IMG/VR virus record: IMGVR_UViG_2600255140_000004 | Coordinates: 1-64,000 of that record | Direction: 5' to 3' (one strand) | DNA from: a virus | Taxonomy: Duplodnaviria; Caudoviricetes | DNA: 64,000 bases | Part shown: positions 30,674 through 41,417 of the stretch, piece by piece | How the letters are laid out: each line of letters opens with the position of its first letter | How positions within the stretch are numbered: position 1 is the stretch's first letter | Position numbers and translations under genes: made by a program | Notes under the pieces: model-generated | The model's database searches: none | The model's input: only the letters and a program-made list of their open reading frames with translations | What the model was told of the DNA's origin: nothing

Positions 30674-30838
30674 TTTATCTTTCCTCCACAAATTCCAATT
30701 CGCTTTCTTCATATCCATATTATAACAGTTCCATATATCCGCCACAACAAAAATCAGCATACCCTTTGATATTTTTCTGCCTTGAAAATGCACACTTCTT
30801 TCTTCCTCTTGATTACCCAACACAGAAAAGAAAAAAGG

Positions 30839-31474
30839 CTACTCGTCCTCATTATCAAAATGATTATTCCTTAATACTTCCCGTAACAGTTCCATATCTT
30901 CTTTTGAATTGGGGTTTATCATTTTTACAACCTGATAAGGCGTACCGTACTTGTGTCCGTCTGTGCTTTCCCCAAACATATCCATGCTGTATAAATCATC
31001 ATAGCGGTTTAATATTTTCTGAAATTTCAAGTGCTGGATAAATTCCTTGATAGGGTAAAGGTCGGACGCTTGTATCTCCGTTCCGTTGATATAGTCTGTG
31101 ATGTATTTCCGCAACTGTTCCAGCTCATACTCCAGCCATTCTTCTTCGCTGTCAAAGAAGTTATCATAGTGTCCATGTTTCAACTCTGCATTTAGGCGTT
31201 CTTCCGTCCTTAAAAACTGGCAGACTTCCTTTTCGGCTTGATTAACATACTTCCATTTTCCCGACAATAATTCATTGGGCGTTACTCCCAGCACGTCCAT
31301 TATCTTTTCCAGCGTATCAAAGGTAGGATAGTTTACCCCTCTTTCAATCTTGGAAAGGCTCTGCATATTGATACCGATTTTGTCCGCAAGCTCCTGCTGT
31401 TTCATTTTCCTGTGTTTTCTTATGGTCTGTATGTTCTCTCCTAAGAAAATCATTTTCTTTATATAACCCTCCAT
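30839..31474 (-). CDS. XRE-family HTH regulator
   Basis: IRKHRKMKQQELADKIGI...SKIERG. Confidence 0.9.
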   Translation of the reverse strand: MEGYIKKMIFLGENIQTIRKHRKMKQQELADKIGINMQSLSKIERGVNYPTFDTLEKIMDVLGVTPNELLSGKWKYVNQAEKEVCQFLRTEERLNAELKHGHYDNFFDSEEEWLEYELEQLRKYITDYINGTEIQASDLYPIKEFIQHLKFQKILNRYDDLYSMDMFGESTDGHKYGTPYQVVKMINPNSKEDMELLREVLRNNHFDNEDE

Positions 31475-31802
31475 AACTTAGTATAACCGCTCCTTTCGTT
31501 GCTTTTCTTTCTGTTTATAAGCCTATCATACTTATTTTATTTTGAAAAGTCAATAAAAACTTCTTGACAAGTAATCCTGCTGGCGTTATTATCGTATCAG
31601 ATGAAGTGATTAAGCACGCTAGGGTCAATCACACACTTGAGTAAGCATATAGATGAGTTGTTTTCGCTTTGACAGCATGAACAGGCATGGACTATCAGAC
31701 CGAAAATCATGGTTTCCAAAAGGGGCTGGCTGGACGGGACACGTCCCCCAGACGTGTTTCGGACAGACAGTTCCTTTTGGAAAGGGAACGCCTTTAGGCG
31801 TT

Positions 31803-31834
31803 CGCAGAGGGCGTATATGTAACACCGCCCTGCG
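31803..31834 (+). other. Candidate MOBT oriT/nic hairpin
   Basis: CGCAG(A)GGGCG-TATATGTAACAC-CGCCCTGCG upstream of the relaxase; TAAC in loop as in Tn916-type nic sites. Confidence 0.5.
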
Positions 31835-31839
31835 TATAC

Positions 31840-33024
31840 ATGTCATGGTACCTAGAAACTGTGATAAATAAAGGAAAAAATGCAATTTATACCCCGCAAA
31901 AAAATCGGGAAGTACGAAAGGAGAAATGCACTATAACTACACACGAAAATTTATCCGTTAAGATTGATTACATCAGCATTGTATTTGAAACTACAACAGC
32001 AGAAGATGTTATCATGCACATTTTAGGTTTACCGACTGATATTTTCAATGTCTATCCAGCAACCGTAAAATTCAAGACCTATCAGACACGCTGGGAGATT
32101 GGGGATATTTATGTATCGGGGGACGCAAAAAAGACAGAGGACAACCCACAGGGACTTGGCTGTTATCTCGTCATGACAGGAAAAGGCTGTGATGATATTT
32201 TCCGTATCCTTGAAGATAAGGGCTTGACCTTTGGAGATATGTTCGGACGCTGTGAGCGAAGATATGGACTGGATAACTTCCATTTCACAAGACTTGATAT
32301 TGCCATTGACGATAAGAACGAAAATCCATTCTTTACCATTGAGCAGATAAAGAAGAAATGCGAAAAAGAGGAATTTATCTCAAACAGTGAGGGCTATAAG
32401 TTTGACGAAAGCAAGTTTGATGATTTCGACACCGCAAAGACTGTCTATATCGGAGCTGGAAAATCGGGATTGTCCTACCGCTTTTATGACAAGGATAAGG
32501 AAGTCTGTTCCAAGTATAATAAGTCGCTTGATGAAGTGGGGAGCTGGAAACGGACAGAAATGCAACTGCGTGACGAAAAGGCTCATGCCTTTGCCATGAC
32601 ATTCAAGGACAGACCGCTGGAACTTGGGGAACTGGCTTTCGGACTGCTGGCAAACAACCTGCGCTTTGTCGTGCCAAACAGAAATGAAAGCAATAAGAGC
32701 AGATGGAAAACGTGTCGGTTTTGGGAACGCTTTTTAGGGGCTGTGGAAGTCTTGAAACTGCAAGTACCAAAACAGCATAATTCCCTTGAAGAAACACAGC
32801 AATGGCTCACAGAGGGTGGCGTGATTTCAGCGGTCAAAAGTTTTTACTTCTTGGAAGAACATGACGCATTAGGTGGACTGGAAAAAGTGGGAACTATGCT
32901 GGATAAGGCAAGATACAGCAACTCCCTTTCCAGTAAACTAACTGCTCATTTACAGAGGATTGACCGCACCGACCTTATCCCCTATATCCAGTATGACACG
33001 AAACATGGGAAAGGGGGTATCTGA
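31840..33024 (+). CDS. Rep_trans/MOBT relaxase
   Basis: [30 protein letters not shown]. Confidence 0.9.
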   Translation: MSWYLETVINKGKNAIYTPQKNREVRKEKCTITTHENLSVKIDYISIVFETTTAEDVIMHILGLPTDIFNVYPATVKFKTYQTRWEIGDIYVSGDAKKTEDNPQGLGCYLVMTGKGCDDIFRILEDKGLTFGDMFGRCERRYGLDNFHFTRLDIAIDDKNENPFFTIEQIKKKCEKEEFISNSEGYKFDESKFDDFDTAKTVYIGAGKSGLSYRFYDKDKEVCSKYNKSLDEVGSWKRTEMQLRDEKAHAFAMTFKDRPLELGELAFGLLANNLRFVVPNRNESNKSRWKTCRFWERFLGAVEVLKLQVPKQHNSLEETQQWLTEGGVISAVKSFYFLEEHDALGGLEKVGTMLDKARYSNSLSSKLTAHLQRIDRTDLIPYIQYDTKHGKGGI

Positions 33025-33227
33025 TGAACAGCAACGATATTCCTGTATGGGAAAAATACACCCTTACCATTGAAGAAGCGTCAAAGTATTTCCGTATCGG
33101 AGAAAACAAGTTAAGACGCTTGGCAGAGGAAAACAAGGACGCTGGCTGGCTCATTATGAACGGCAACCGCATACAGATTAAACGCCGACAGTTTGAACAA
33201 GTTATTGACAAACTGGAGGCAATCTAA
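33024..33227 (+). CDS. xis: Tn916-like excisionase
   Basis: [26 protein letters not shown]. Confidence 0.93.
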   Translation: MNSNDIPVWEKYTLTIEEASKYFRIGENKLRRLAEENKDAGWLIMNGNRIQIKRRQFEQVIDKLEAI

Positions 33228-33305
33228 TGCAAATGAGCCTTGTATGTGTTATGATGAGCACAAGTCATATCAAGGCTCTTTCCAACAGGGAAAGGAGCAG
33301 ACACC

Positions 33306-34499
33306 ATGAAAGAAAAAAGACGGGATAGCAAAGGACGTATCCTGCATACTGGAGAGAGCCAACGAACAGACGGGAAATACTTATATAAATATGTGGACGC
33401 ATTTGGAAACACAAAATATGTGTATGCCTGGAGATTGACACCCACAGACCCGACACCAAAGGGAAAACGGGAAAAACCCTCGCTCCGAGAACTGGAACAG
33501 CAGATAAGACGGGATATGGAGGACGGTATCGACAGCACAGGCAAGAAAATGACGCTTTGCCAGCTCTACGCCAAACAGAACGCACAGAGGGCAAACGTGA
33601 AGAAAAGCACACAGAAACAACGGGAACAGCTCATGCGGTTATTGAAAGAGGACAAGCTGGGTGCTAGGAGCATTGATACGATAAAACCCTCTGACGCTAA
33701 GGAATGGGCGTTACGCATGAAAGAAAAGGGCTTTTCCTACAATACCATTAACAACCATAAACGCTCGTTAAAAGCGTCATTCTATATCGCCATACAGGAC
33801 GATTGTGTGAGGAAGAACCCTTTTGATTTCAAGCTGAGTGAAGTCCTAGAAAATGATACGAAAGAGAAAGTCGCATTGACAGAGGAACAGGAACAAGCCT
33901 TACTGTCATTCATCAAAACGGACAACGTGTATCACAAGTATTATGATGATGTGCTGATACTGTTAAAGACTGGACTTCGTATCTCGGAATTGTGCGGACT
34001 GACAGTAGCCGATATTGATTTCAAGAATGAGGTTGTGGTTATCGACCACCAGTTATTAAAAAGCAAGGAACAGGGCTATTATATTGAAACGCCTAAGACA
34101 AAGAACGGAATAAGGCAAGTTCCATTAAGCAGAGAAACGATACAGGCATTTCAACGGGTCATAAGGAAACGCACAAAAGGGAAACTGATAGAGATAGACG
34201 GATACAAAGATTTTCTGTTCATCAATCCGAAAGGCAATCCCAAAGTGGCGATTGATTACAACGCCTTATTTGTCCGTATGGTAAAGAAATACAACAAACA
34301 CCACGAGGACAATCCCCTGCCACATATCACACCGCATACGCTACGCCATACGTTCTGCACGAGATTGGCAGGCAGGAACATGAACCCGAAAGATTTACAG
34401 TATATCATGGGGCATTCAAACATCAGTATCACAATGAACTGGTACGCTCATGCGTCCATAGATACCGCAAAATCAGAGGTTCAGCGTCTAATCGCATAG
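33306..34499 (+). CDS. int: Tn916-like tyrosine integrase
   Basis: KRRDSKGRIL.TGESQR.DG; TGLRISE; HTLRHT; MGH..I..T..WY. Confidence 0.95.
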   Translation: MKEKRRDSKGRILHTGESQRTDGKYLYKYVDAFGNTKYVYAWRLTPTDPTPKGKREKPSLRELEQQIRRDMEDGIDSTGKKMTLCQLYAKQNAQRANVKKSTQKQREQLMRLLKEDKLGARSIDTIKPSDAKEWALRMKEKGFSYNTINNHKRSLKASFYIAIQDDCVRKNPFDFKLSEVLENDTKEKVALTEEQEQALLSFIKTDNVYHKYYDDVLILLKTGLRISELCGLTVADIDFKNEVVVIDHQLLKSKEQGYYIETPKTKNGIRQVPLSRETIQAFQRVIRKRTKGKLIEIDGYKDFLFINPKGNPKVAIDYNALFVRMVKKYNKHHEDNPLPHITPHTLRHTFCTRLAGRNMNPKDLQYIMGHSNISITMNWYAHASIDTAKSEVQRLIA

Positions 34500-35433
34500 A
34501 AGTATTTACCACGATTTTAACCACGTTTGATAGAGAAAATATAAGAAGATAGACCTAGATATATGAGGTTTACCGCAAATGCAAAATGCCCGTAGAGCCC
34601 ATAAAATAAGGCTTTGCGGACATTTGAGAAGATATAAAAAGATAGTCAAAAAGACATATATAATTTGTAATTGAAAAATATATTAATAGTTGATATAAAA
34701 ATATCTCTACATAATCTAAAATCCTTGGCAGAAGTTGTGACCATTTCTATATCTCTGTACTGGTGATATATATGATACCATTGCTGATTTTGGTATATCT
34801 TTCTCCCCTTTTTATCTTCGGGCATCTGTGCAAAAACATCTTTATAATATTTTTCTACATCAGTATTGGAAAATCTTATATCACTTTTTTTCTTTTTAAT
34901 AGAATCAAAAATGGTTTGCCCTGGTTCATCGGTAAATAGAAATACAAGAGTTCTTTTTAAATCACTTCCGTAAACTGAATCAAGGACAAATACAAAGGCA
35001 TAAATTGATGAAGAAATAATGGCAACATTCAATAAATCTATAACAAATTGTAAGATGCTAATATCATCTTTGTTAAGAATACCGCTAATTCCATTAGTTG
35101 TAATAAAATACATTAAAATGGCGGCAATAACATAACTTTTTAATTCGTTATCTCTATAATTTTTCATAATATATAGCAACCTCCATCACTATTTTTAACA
35201 TAAGTATATTATATTTTTTCTACAAATTCTATACGTTATAAAAAAATTTTAAAATTCATTTTCTACAAAAAATCATATCCAACCATCTTCACAAATCTTC
35301 TAAAACGTCACAAGGAACACTTCCTTATGTGAAGCGTCTCTTCGGGCGTCTCTTTTTTTTGCAGAAAAAATCTTGTTTCAGAGCTGTATGTAAATGTCTG
35401 CCGTGCCATGATAAGGAAAAAGGAGGCAGGCAA

Positions 35434-35649
35434 ATGAAAGAATATAAACTGACAAGCAAACATGCGGATGTATCGGTCCGTGTGTCAGATGTGATGGAAC
35501 AGGATATGAAAGCGTGCTGGAAAGAAGCGCTGGGTGCTGGGAAGGAGTGCGGGAAGTGCAGCTGGAGGGATGCGGAAGTGTTTGGCGTGCGCCTGTGCGA
35601 AGTTCCTGAAATAGTTGGTTTTGTAATGCCTAAAGACATCCAAAGTTAA
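35434..35649 (+). CDS. Small Cys-containing hypothetical protein
   Basis: AGGAGG RBS. Confidence 0.6.
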   Translation: MKEYKLTSKHADVSVRVSDVMEQDMKACWKEALGAGKECGKCSWRDAEVFGVRLCEVPEIVGFVMPKDIQS

Positions 35650-35695
35650 AGGTGGGTCGGTGCGTGTGGCAGAAGAATGGAGGTAAGGTGAGAAA

Positions 35696-37105
35696 ATGTA
35701 CGGAAATATAGGCGGGGTAGCGGACGGAACAAATTTCTGCCCATATTGTGGTGTGGGAGGGCAATTGAATTTATTTGAACCGGAGTTTATTAAAGACAGG
35801 GATTGCACGAAGGATACCCCGGTGATTTACGGGGTGCCGGACAGCCCTGTATATGGAACCGGGGAAAGGATCCTGCCGAGGATTCCCGGCAGGGAAGATT
35901 CAGAGCACATGAAGGGCATTTTCCTCCCAAAGCTCCTGCCGCTTGAGGAATACGACCTGTTCGCCATCCTGCTGTCAGGCGGCAAAGACAGCATCGCATG
36001 TTATTATAAGCTGCTGGAGCTGGGAGTGCCGAAAGAGAAGATGGAGTTCTGGCACCATGATATAGACGGAGGGCATCCGCTGCGTAGGATGGACTGGAAA
36101 TGCACGCAGAATTACGTCAGGGCTTTTTCGGAAGCGGAGGGAGTTCCTCTCAGGCTGTCATGGCGCGTGAATGGATTTTTTGGCGAACTGTACCGGGTAG
36201 GTGCCAGTGAGCCGGTTGAGTGGATGGAGCCTGGCACGGGGGAGATTAAGCGGTGCCGGCTGTTCCGGAACTATATCCAGTGCCAGAAACTGAAAGAACA
36301 GGCGACGGGGCAGATGGAAGAGGAATTAAAAAAGTACGGGTACCGGATGAAGTTCCCCGCAAAGTCCGGTGACCTGAGCCGCCGATGGTGTTCAGCATAT
36401 TTAAAGATAGCAGTGGCAGATTCCGTGATCAGCAACCTTGACCGGCTGGAAGAATTGGAGAAACTGGGAGGGAAACGCCACAAATTCCCGGCCAAGGGCA
36501 GTACGCACCAAGGGAGATGGTGCAGCGGCAGCTTGAAAGCGGCAGTCCAGGACAGCGTAACTTCAAACCTGGATAGCACAAAGAGAGATGTAAAAGTCTT
36601 GGTCGTTTCCGGAGAACGCCGCGGGGAGTCCGCAGGGCGGGCGAGGTATAATGAGATGGAGCTCCATCGGACAAATGCGGAGAAGAAAGCGCACCGGACC
36701 GTACACCAATGGCGGCCAGTGATTGATTATTCAGAAAGGGATGTATGGGAAGTCCTGAAAAGGCATAAGGTCAATCCCCATCCCTGTTACCGGGCAGGGT
36801 GGAACCGCTGCTCATGCGCGGCATGCATTTTTTCCACGCCGAAGTTGTTTGCCGGGTTCAAAGAACTGTACCCGGAAGAGTTTGAGCTGCTAAAGCAGGA
36901 TGAAAAAATCCTTGGGTTTACGCTGGACAATAAATGCGACTTGGAAACTTTTATAGATGGAGCGGAGTCCTGCGTATACCGGGGCGATAAGTCGGCGATA
37001 CACAGCCTTGTCTCCGGCGAGTTTACGGTGGGCGATGTGTATGTGAAAGGCGACTGGAGGTATCCAGCAGGGGCATTCCATGGGGCGGAAGGAGGGCCAT
37101 GTTAA
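35696..37105 (+). CDS. PAPS-reductase-family (PP-loop) protein, phage type
   Basis: SGGKDS; RWC...LK; GERRGES..R; HPCY..G..RCSC..C. Confidence 0.85.
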   Translation: MYGNIGGVADGTNFCPYCGVGGQLNLFEPEFIKDRDCTKDTPVIYGVPDSPVYGTGERILPRIPGREDSEHMKGIFLPKLLPLEEYDLFAILLSGGKDSIACYYKLLELGVPKEKMEFWHHDIDGGHPLRRMDWKCTQNYVRAFSEAEGVPLRLSWRVNGFFGELYRVGASEPVEWMEPGTGEIKRCRLFRNYIQCQKLKEQATGQMEEELKKYGYRMKFPAKSGDLSRRWCSAYLKIAVADSVISNLDRLEELEKLGGKRHKFPAKGSTHQGRWCSGSLKAAVQDSVTSNLDSTKRDVKVLVVSGERRGESAGRARYNEMELHRTNAEKKAHRTVHQWRPVIDYSERDVWEVLKRHKVNPHPCYRAGWNRCSCAACIFSTPKLFAGFKELYPEEFELLKQDEKILGFTLDNKCDLETFIDGAESCVYRGDKSAIHSLVSGEFTVGDVYVKGDWRYPAGAFHGAEGGPC

Positions 37106-37806
37106 GTATGAACGGTGCAGAGGATATGAAAAGATTTAAGGCAAAACAACTGCGGTATAAAAAGCCGATAGTTAAAGACCTGAATTTGGAGGCCATCCAA
37201 CAGCAATTGTGGGATATCCAGGAAGAATGCGAGAATGTCCGTTACTATTTTGACGCAGATGATGAAACCTTGCTCAATGCGCTGGATGGGGATGAAGACG
37301 AAACATATGAATTTAAAATGATGTTCGCCGATCTGTGTGCGGAATGCGAGAGGATGCAAGCGGATTTAAGAGAGGAGTGGGTTCCGGAGTGTTTTGACAG
37401 GTTCTTTGTGGCTGCCGGAGCTGGTGAAGATTTTGGAGGGCTCTTTGGATATGATGCATATGAGCAGGATTATTTTGGGCTGTCATGTGAAGGGGCATGG
37501 GCCGAAGATGAAAGCAAGAAAGTGCTGAAACGGATGACAAAGGATGAACTGATAGCGGCATCCAGGCAATGTTTCCGTGTATACCAGTCATTTGTAGCAT
37601 TAAGCTATCGGTATGGCTGCCTGAAGGCGGGCATGGACATCCTGCGCGATCAGAATTCCGGGTACCTGCAGATGGTAAAGCGGATAGAAGACGTGTATGA
37701 AAAAGCAGAGAAAGAATCATTAGGGTTTAAGTATCTGTGGGGGAAGGGGGTAAATGAGCTGGACAGGATCCTGGAAAATCTGCCACAGGAGGCTTGGGTT
37801 CAATGA
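37099..37806 (+). CDS. Hypothetical protein
   Basis: Overlaps the stop of the upstream gene. Confidence 0.7.
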   Translation: MLSMNGAEDMKRFKAKQLRYKKPIVKDLNLEAIQQQLWDIQEECENVRYYFDADDETLLNALDGDEDETYEFKMMFADLCAECERMQADLREEWVPECFDRFFVAAGAGEDFGGLFGYDAYEQDYFGLSCEGAWAEDESKKVLKRMTKDELIAASRQCFRVYQSFVALSYRYGCLKAGMDILRDQNSGYLQMVKRIEDVYEKAEKESLGFKYLWGKGVNELDRILENLPQEAWVQ

Positions 37807-38405
37807 AAGCAATTAGAAAGATGACGGAAAATTGGATACTTATAAAAGTAAGTTTATTTGGAAAACAAGAGAAAATTATTTACAAAAAGAAAGGAGGCAG
37901 CGGTTTTCCCCCGGCTTGTAGAAAGGGAGGAATCGCTGGAACAGGGATGAAAAGAGATAAAACAGATTCTGATATAGATGATGGAACCTTGCACGATGCA
38001 CCGAGATGGTATGAAGACGAGACAGGGGCATTGTTCTGTCAGAACGACCTTCCTATGCAGGCATTGCATAACGCTGTACATTCCAAGCCTCTTAAGACAG
38101 TACGCATCCCGTACCTCGTTCCTTCGGAAAAATGACATGCCTCTTCCCGTATCTATGGGTGAAAGGGATAAATGAGCTGGACAGGAGAGGTTCGGGAAAG
38201 CAGAATAGAGGGCCTTAAGCCCCCTATTCCCTGCCAGGATTATCCTGCTCCCTGTGCCTTACAGGCGGGAACGACGTGTCGTCTTGATAGCTCGCGGTCT
38301 CACGGTTGCCATCGTAAGCGTCCTTGGATGCAGTATAATCAATCGGTTTTTCGGTTGTAAATGAAGACTTTTCTTTCATGTGCATGCACTCCTTTCAGAT
38401 GCCCT

Positions 38406-38595
38406 CTAAGAGAGCTTTTGCTGGAACATATTTTCCACATACTCACGCATCTCGTTATGGGATCTGACGTTTCTTGCGCCGTCTACGATGGGCTTTTGCT
38501 CGGATTCAGGCAGCTGCGCGAAACGGCTCAGTATATCTGAGTGCTGCGCGAGTTCCATCGTGAAACCGATGGGAAGTTTTTTATTATCTATCACA
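38406..38595 (-). CDS. Small conserved-type protein (LPIGFTMELAQH...EMREYV)
   Basis: Recognisable Clostridia small-protein pattern; start approximate. Confidence 0.5.
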
Positions 38596-38671
38596 CTATC
38601 ACCCCGGATGTAGGATGTGCAGAAGTGGCAGGGAATATACAAAAAATAAGCAGGAACAGGAGGATTTGAGG

Positions 38672-38824
38672 ATGTATGGATATATCGCGGGAGTGACCGA
38701 TGCGGGGGAAATAAATTATTGCCCGTATTGCGGCGAGGAAATAATAATGATGCACGCGGGCGGAACTGTGACGTGTAGTTCATGTAAAAGAAGATTTGGT
38801 GTCGTAGAGATAGATGAAGAATAA
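38672..38824 (+). CDS. Zn-ribbon small protein
   Basis: CPYC..CSSC; AGGAGG RBS. Confidence 0.65.
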   Translation: MYGYIAGVTDAGEINYCPYCGEEIIMMHAGGTVTCSSCKRRFGVVEIDEE

Positions 38825-38833
38825 CAGGAAGAG

Positions 38834-39658
38834 GTGGTTGATGTGAGAGCGATATTCAAATACCCAGGCAGCAAGTGGGGCATAGCCAGATGGATTATAA
38901 GCTTTTTCCCAGAGCACCACAGCTACCTTGAGCCTTTCGCAGGGAGCCTGGCGGTGCTGATGAACAAGGAGAGGAGCAACATAGAGACGGTCAATGACCT
39001 TGACGGGAACGTTGTCAACCTGTTTGAATGGATCCGCAGAGACCCGGAACGGCTGGCGCGGGAGATTTATTATACACCGTATGCCAGGCAAGTTTATGAG
39101 GATGCATTTTCAGCAGAGCCAGAAGACGGGTTCCGGAGGGCGGTAGATTTCTCCATCTGCCTGAACATGGGGCATGGATTCCGGACGAATGGGGAGAAGG
39201 TAGGATGGAAGAATGACGTGCGGGGGCGGGAGCGCGCCTATGCGGCGCAGGACTGGCGCAGCCTTCCGGAAAGGATCATGGAGGCCGCCGAACGGCTCCG
39301 GGGAGTGCAGATTGAGAACAGGCCGGCGGCAGAGCTTATAAAGCGGTTCAACTATGAGAATGTCCTGGTATACTGCGACCCTCCGTACATGCTGGAGACC
39401 CGGCACGGGAAGCAGTACCGGCATGAGATGGACGACAGAGACCACGAAGAGCTGCTGGAGGCAGTGCTGGGGCATAAGGGGAAGGTCATATTGAGCGGGT
39501 ATGACACAGCGCTGTACAACAGCCGGCTAAAAGGCTGGCACAGGGAAGAGACGGACTGCCGCTCACAGGTCGGCAGCAGGAAGAGGGAAGTGCTGTGGAT
39601 GAACTTCGAGCCAGCGCAGCAGATGACCTTACAGGACTATGGGGAGAAATTGGAATGA
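38834..39658 (+). CDS. DNA adenine methyltransferase (Dam/D12 class)
   Basis: KYPGSK, EPFAGS, NDLD, DPPY. Confidence 0.92.
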   Translation: MVDVRAIFKYPGSKWGIARWIISFFPEHHSYLEPFAGSLAVLMNKERSNIETVNDLDGNVVNLFEWIRRDPERLAREIYYTPYARQVYEDAFSAEPEDGFRRAVDFSICLNMGHGFRTNGEKVGWKNDVRGRERAYAAQDWRSLPERIMEAAERLRGVQIENRPAAELIKRFNYENVLVYCDPPYMLETRHGKQYRHEMDDRDHEELLEAVLGHKGKVILSGYDTALYNSRLKGWHREETDCRSQVGSRKREVLWMNFEPAQQMTLQDYGEKLE

Positions 39659-39740
39659 AAAGGTTTTATTTTGAGGAAATGGAAGAAAGCGGGAATGCAG
39701 AAGGGCAAATGGGTTTTGAGGATTTCCCGGAGGTGATGCC

Positions 39741-41255
39741 ATGAAAGACGGACTGATCATAGACTGTTTCGCCGGGGGCGGCGGGGCGAGCGTAGGCATA
39801 GAGATGGCATTAGGGAGGCAGGTGGACATAGCAGTCAACCATGACCCGGACGCCATCCGGATGCACAAAACGAACCACCCGGACACCCTGCACCTGACGG
39901 AAGACATCTTCAAGGTGGATTTGCAGAAATATGTAAAAGGCAGGCATGTGGCATTGATGTGGGCGAGCCCGGACTGCACCAGCCACAGCAAGGCAAAGGG
40001 CGGGCAGCCCAGAAAGCGGGGGTTACGTATACTCCCATGGGCGGTATATAAGCATGCGAAAACGCTCCTCCCGGATGTGGTCATCATGGAGAATGTGGAG
40101 GAGATACAGCAGTGGGGCCCGCTTGACAGGGAGGGGCATCCCGTGCCGGAGCGGAAAGGGGAAGACTATAAGAAGTTCATTGCGGCGATGAAGTCGCTGG
40201 GATACGCATTTGACAGCCGGGAGCTTATAGCGGCGGACTATGGTGCGCCTACGACACGCAAACGCTGGTATGCCGTCTTCCGCAGGGATGGCCAGGAAAT
40301 TGCCTGGCCGGAGCCAACCCACAGCAAAGGCGGCATGGGCGGGCTGGAACCCTGGGAGCCAATCTGCAGCTATCTGGACTTGCAGGACTTGGGGAAGTCC
40401 ATCTTTGGGCGCAAGAGACCGCTGGTGGAGAATACCATGCGGCGGATTGCTCGGGGGCTGGAAAAGTTCGTGTTCAACTGCCCAGAGCCGTTCATCATCA
40501 AAGTGACGCACGGTCATGACCAGTTCCGGGGGCATTCCATACATGACCCATTGCAGACCATAACATCAAAGAATGATGTCGCGCTGGTGACTCCGTTGTT
40601 AATCCAGTACCACTCCGAGACCACGAAAAATGGTGTCAGGGGGCAGCAGGCCACAGAGCCGCTGCAGACGATCGATACGAGCAACCGCTATGGGCTTGTA
40701 ACATCATATGTGACAAAGTTCTATAAAAGCGGAACGGGGCAGAGCCTTAAGGAGCCGATACATACCATCACCACTTCGCCGGGGCATTTCGGAACAGTGT
40801 CCGTCTTGGCGGTTGGATGCGAGGAGCTGAAAGAATCCGGGATTGATGCGGACATGGCGCAGAGATGCATCTGGGTAAGCCAGTTTATCATGGAGTATTA
40901 TGGATGCGGAACGGGGCAGAGCCTTAAGGAACCCCTGCATACAGTAGTGACGAAGGATAGGTTCGCGCTCATTACGGTTCTGGGGAATGAATATGTAATA
41001 CTGGACATCTTCCTGCGGATGCTGACCCCAGAGGAGCTGAAACTGGGGCAGGGATTCCCAAGGGATTATATCATTGACCGGGATTACAAGGGTAACAAGT
41101 ACCCGGTCAGCAAGCAGGTGGCGCGGATCGGGAACAGTGTGGTGCCGGTCATGGCGCAAAAGTTGGTGGAGTGTAACTGCGGATACTTGAAAGCCGGGGA
41201 GCGGATGCCGAACATGAGGATAGATTACAGCGGAGGGCAGTTGAGGTTTGCATGA
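39741..41255 (+). CDS. C5 cytosine DNA methyltransferase, phage type
   Basis: FAGGGG, SPDC, ENV, R.R, QGFP, IGNSV; repeated EPxxT units. Confidence 0.92.
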   Translation: MKDGLIIDCFAGGGGASVGIEMALGRQVDIAVNHDPDAIRMHKTNHPDTLHLTEDIFKVDLQKYVKGRHVALMWASPDCTSHSKAKGGQPRKRGLRILPWAVYKHAKTLLPDVVIMENVEEIQQWGPLDREGHPVPERKGEDYKKFIAAMKSLGYAFDSRELIAADYGAPTTRKRWYAVFRRDGQEIAWPEPTHSKGGMGGLEPWEPICSYLDLQDLGKSIFGRKRPLVENTMRRIARGLEKFVFNCPEPFIIKVTHGHDQFRGHSIHDPLQTITSKNDVALVTPLLIQYHSETTKNGVRGQQATEPLQTIDTSNRYGLVTSYVTKFYKSGTGQSLKEPIHTITTSPGHFGTVSVLAVGCEELKESGIDADMAQRCIWVSQFIMEYYGCGTGQSLKEPLHTVVTKDRFALITVLGNEYVILDIFLRMLTPEELKLGQGFPRDYIIDRDYKGNKYPVSKQVARIGNSVVPVMAQKLVECNCGYLKAGERMPNMRIDYSGGQLRFA

Positions 41256-41306
41256 TGGAGCAGATGAATATTCAGATATGTGTTTTAGCTTGAAAAAAAC
41301 AAAAAA

Positions 41307-41380
41307 TGGAAGCAATGGGGCTCGAACCCATGACCTCTCGCGTGTGAGGCGAACGCTCATCCCGGCTGAGCTATGCTTCC
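41307..41380 (-). tRNA. tRNA-Val(CAC)
   Basis: GGAAGCA/TGCTTCC acceptor; GCTC/GAGC D-stem; TTCGC-CTCACAC-GCGAG anticodon arm; ATGGG-TTCGAGC-CCCAT T-arm; no encoded CCA. Confidence 0.93.
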
Positions 41381-41389
41381 ATACCTGTA

Positions 41390-41417
41390 ATTATAGCACT
41401 ATGCGCCGGGATTGCAA
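41390..41417 (-). promoter_or_regulatory. SigA promoter of the tRNA
   Basis: TTGCAA-16-TATAAT with extended TG. Confidence 0.7.

Larger units (their letters stand above)
29570..34667 (+). mobile_element. Tn916-family integrative mobilizable element (MOBT relaxase, xis, int)
   Basis: Tandem TTTACCACG arm sites at ~29647 and ~34505; Tn916-like end sequences; coupling hexamers TAAATT/TAATTG; AT-rich. Confidence 0.88.
29395..35179 (-). pseudogene. 226-aa membrane protein split by IME (5' part 35179-34674, 3' part 29569-29395)
   Basis: Joining the flanks gives in-frame ...STINIFLIYITLCII...NVIAHDISEKIANNS* (681 nt). Confidence 0.8.

Noticed and set aside
40731-40930. 23-bp direct repeat GGAACGGGGCAGAGCCTTAAGGA
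   Set aside because: Internal GTGQSLKEP protein repeat of the methyltransferase
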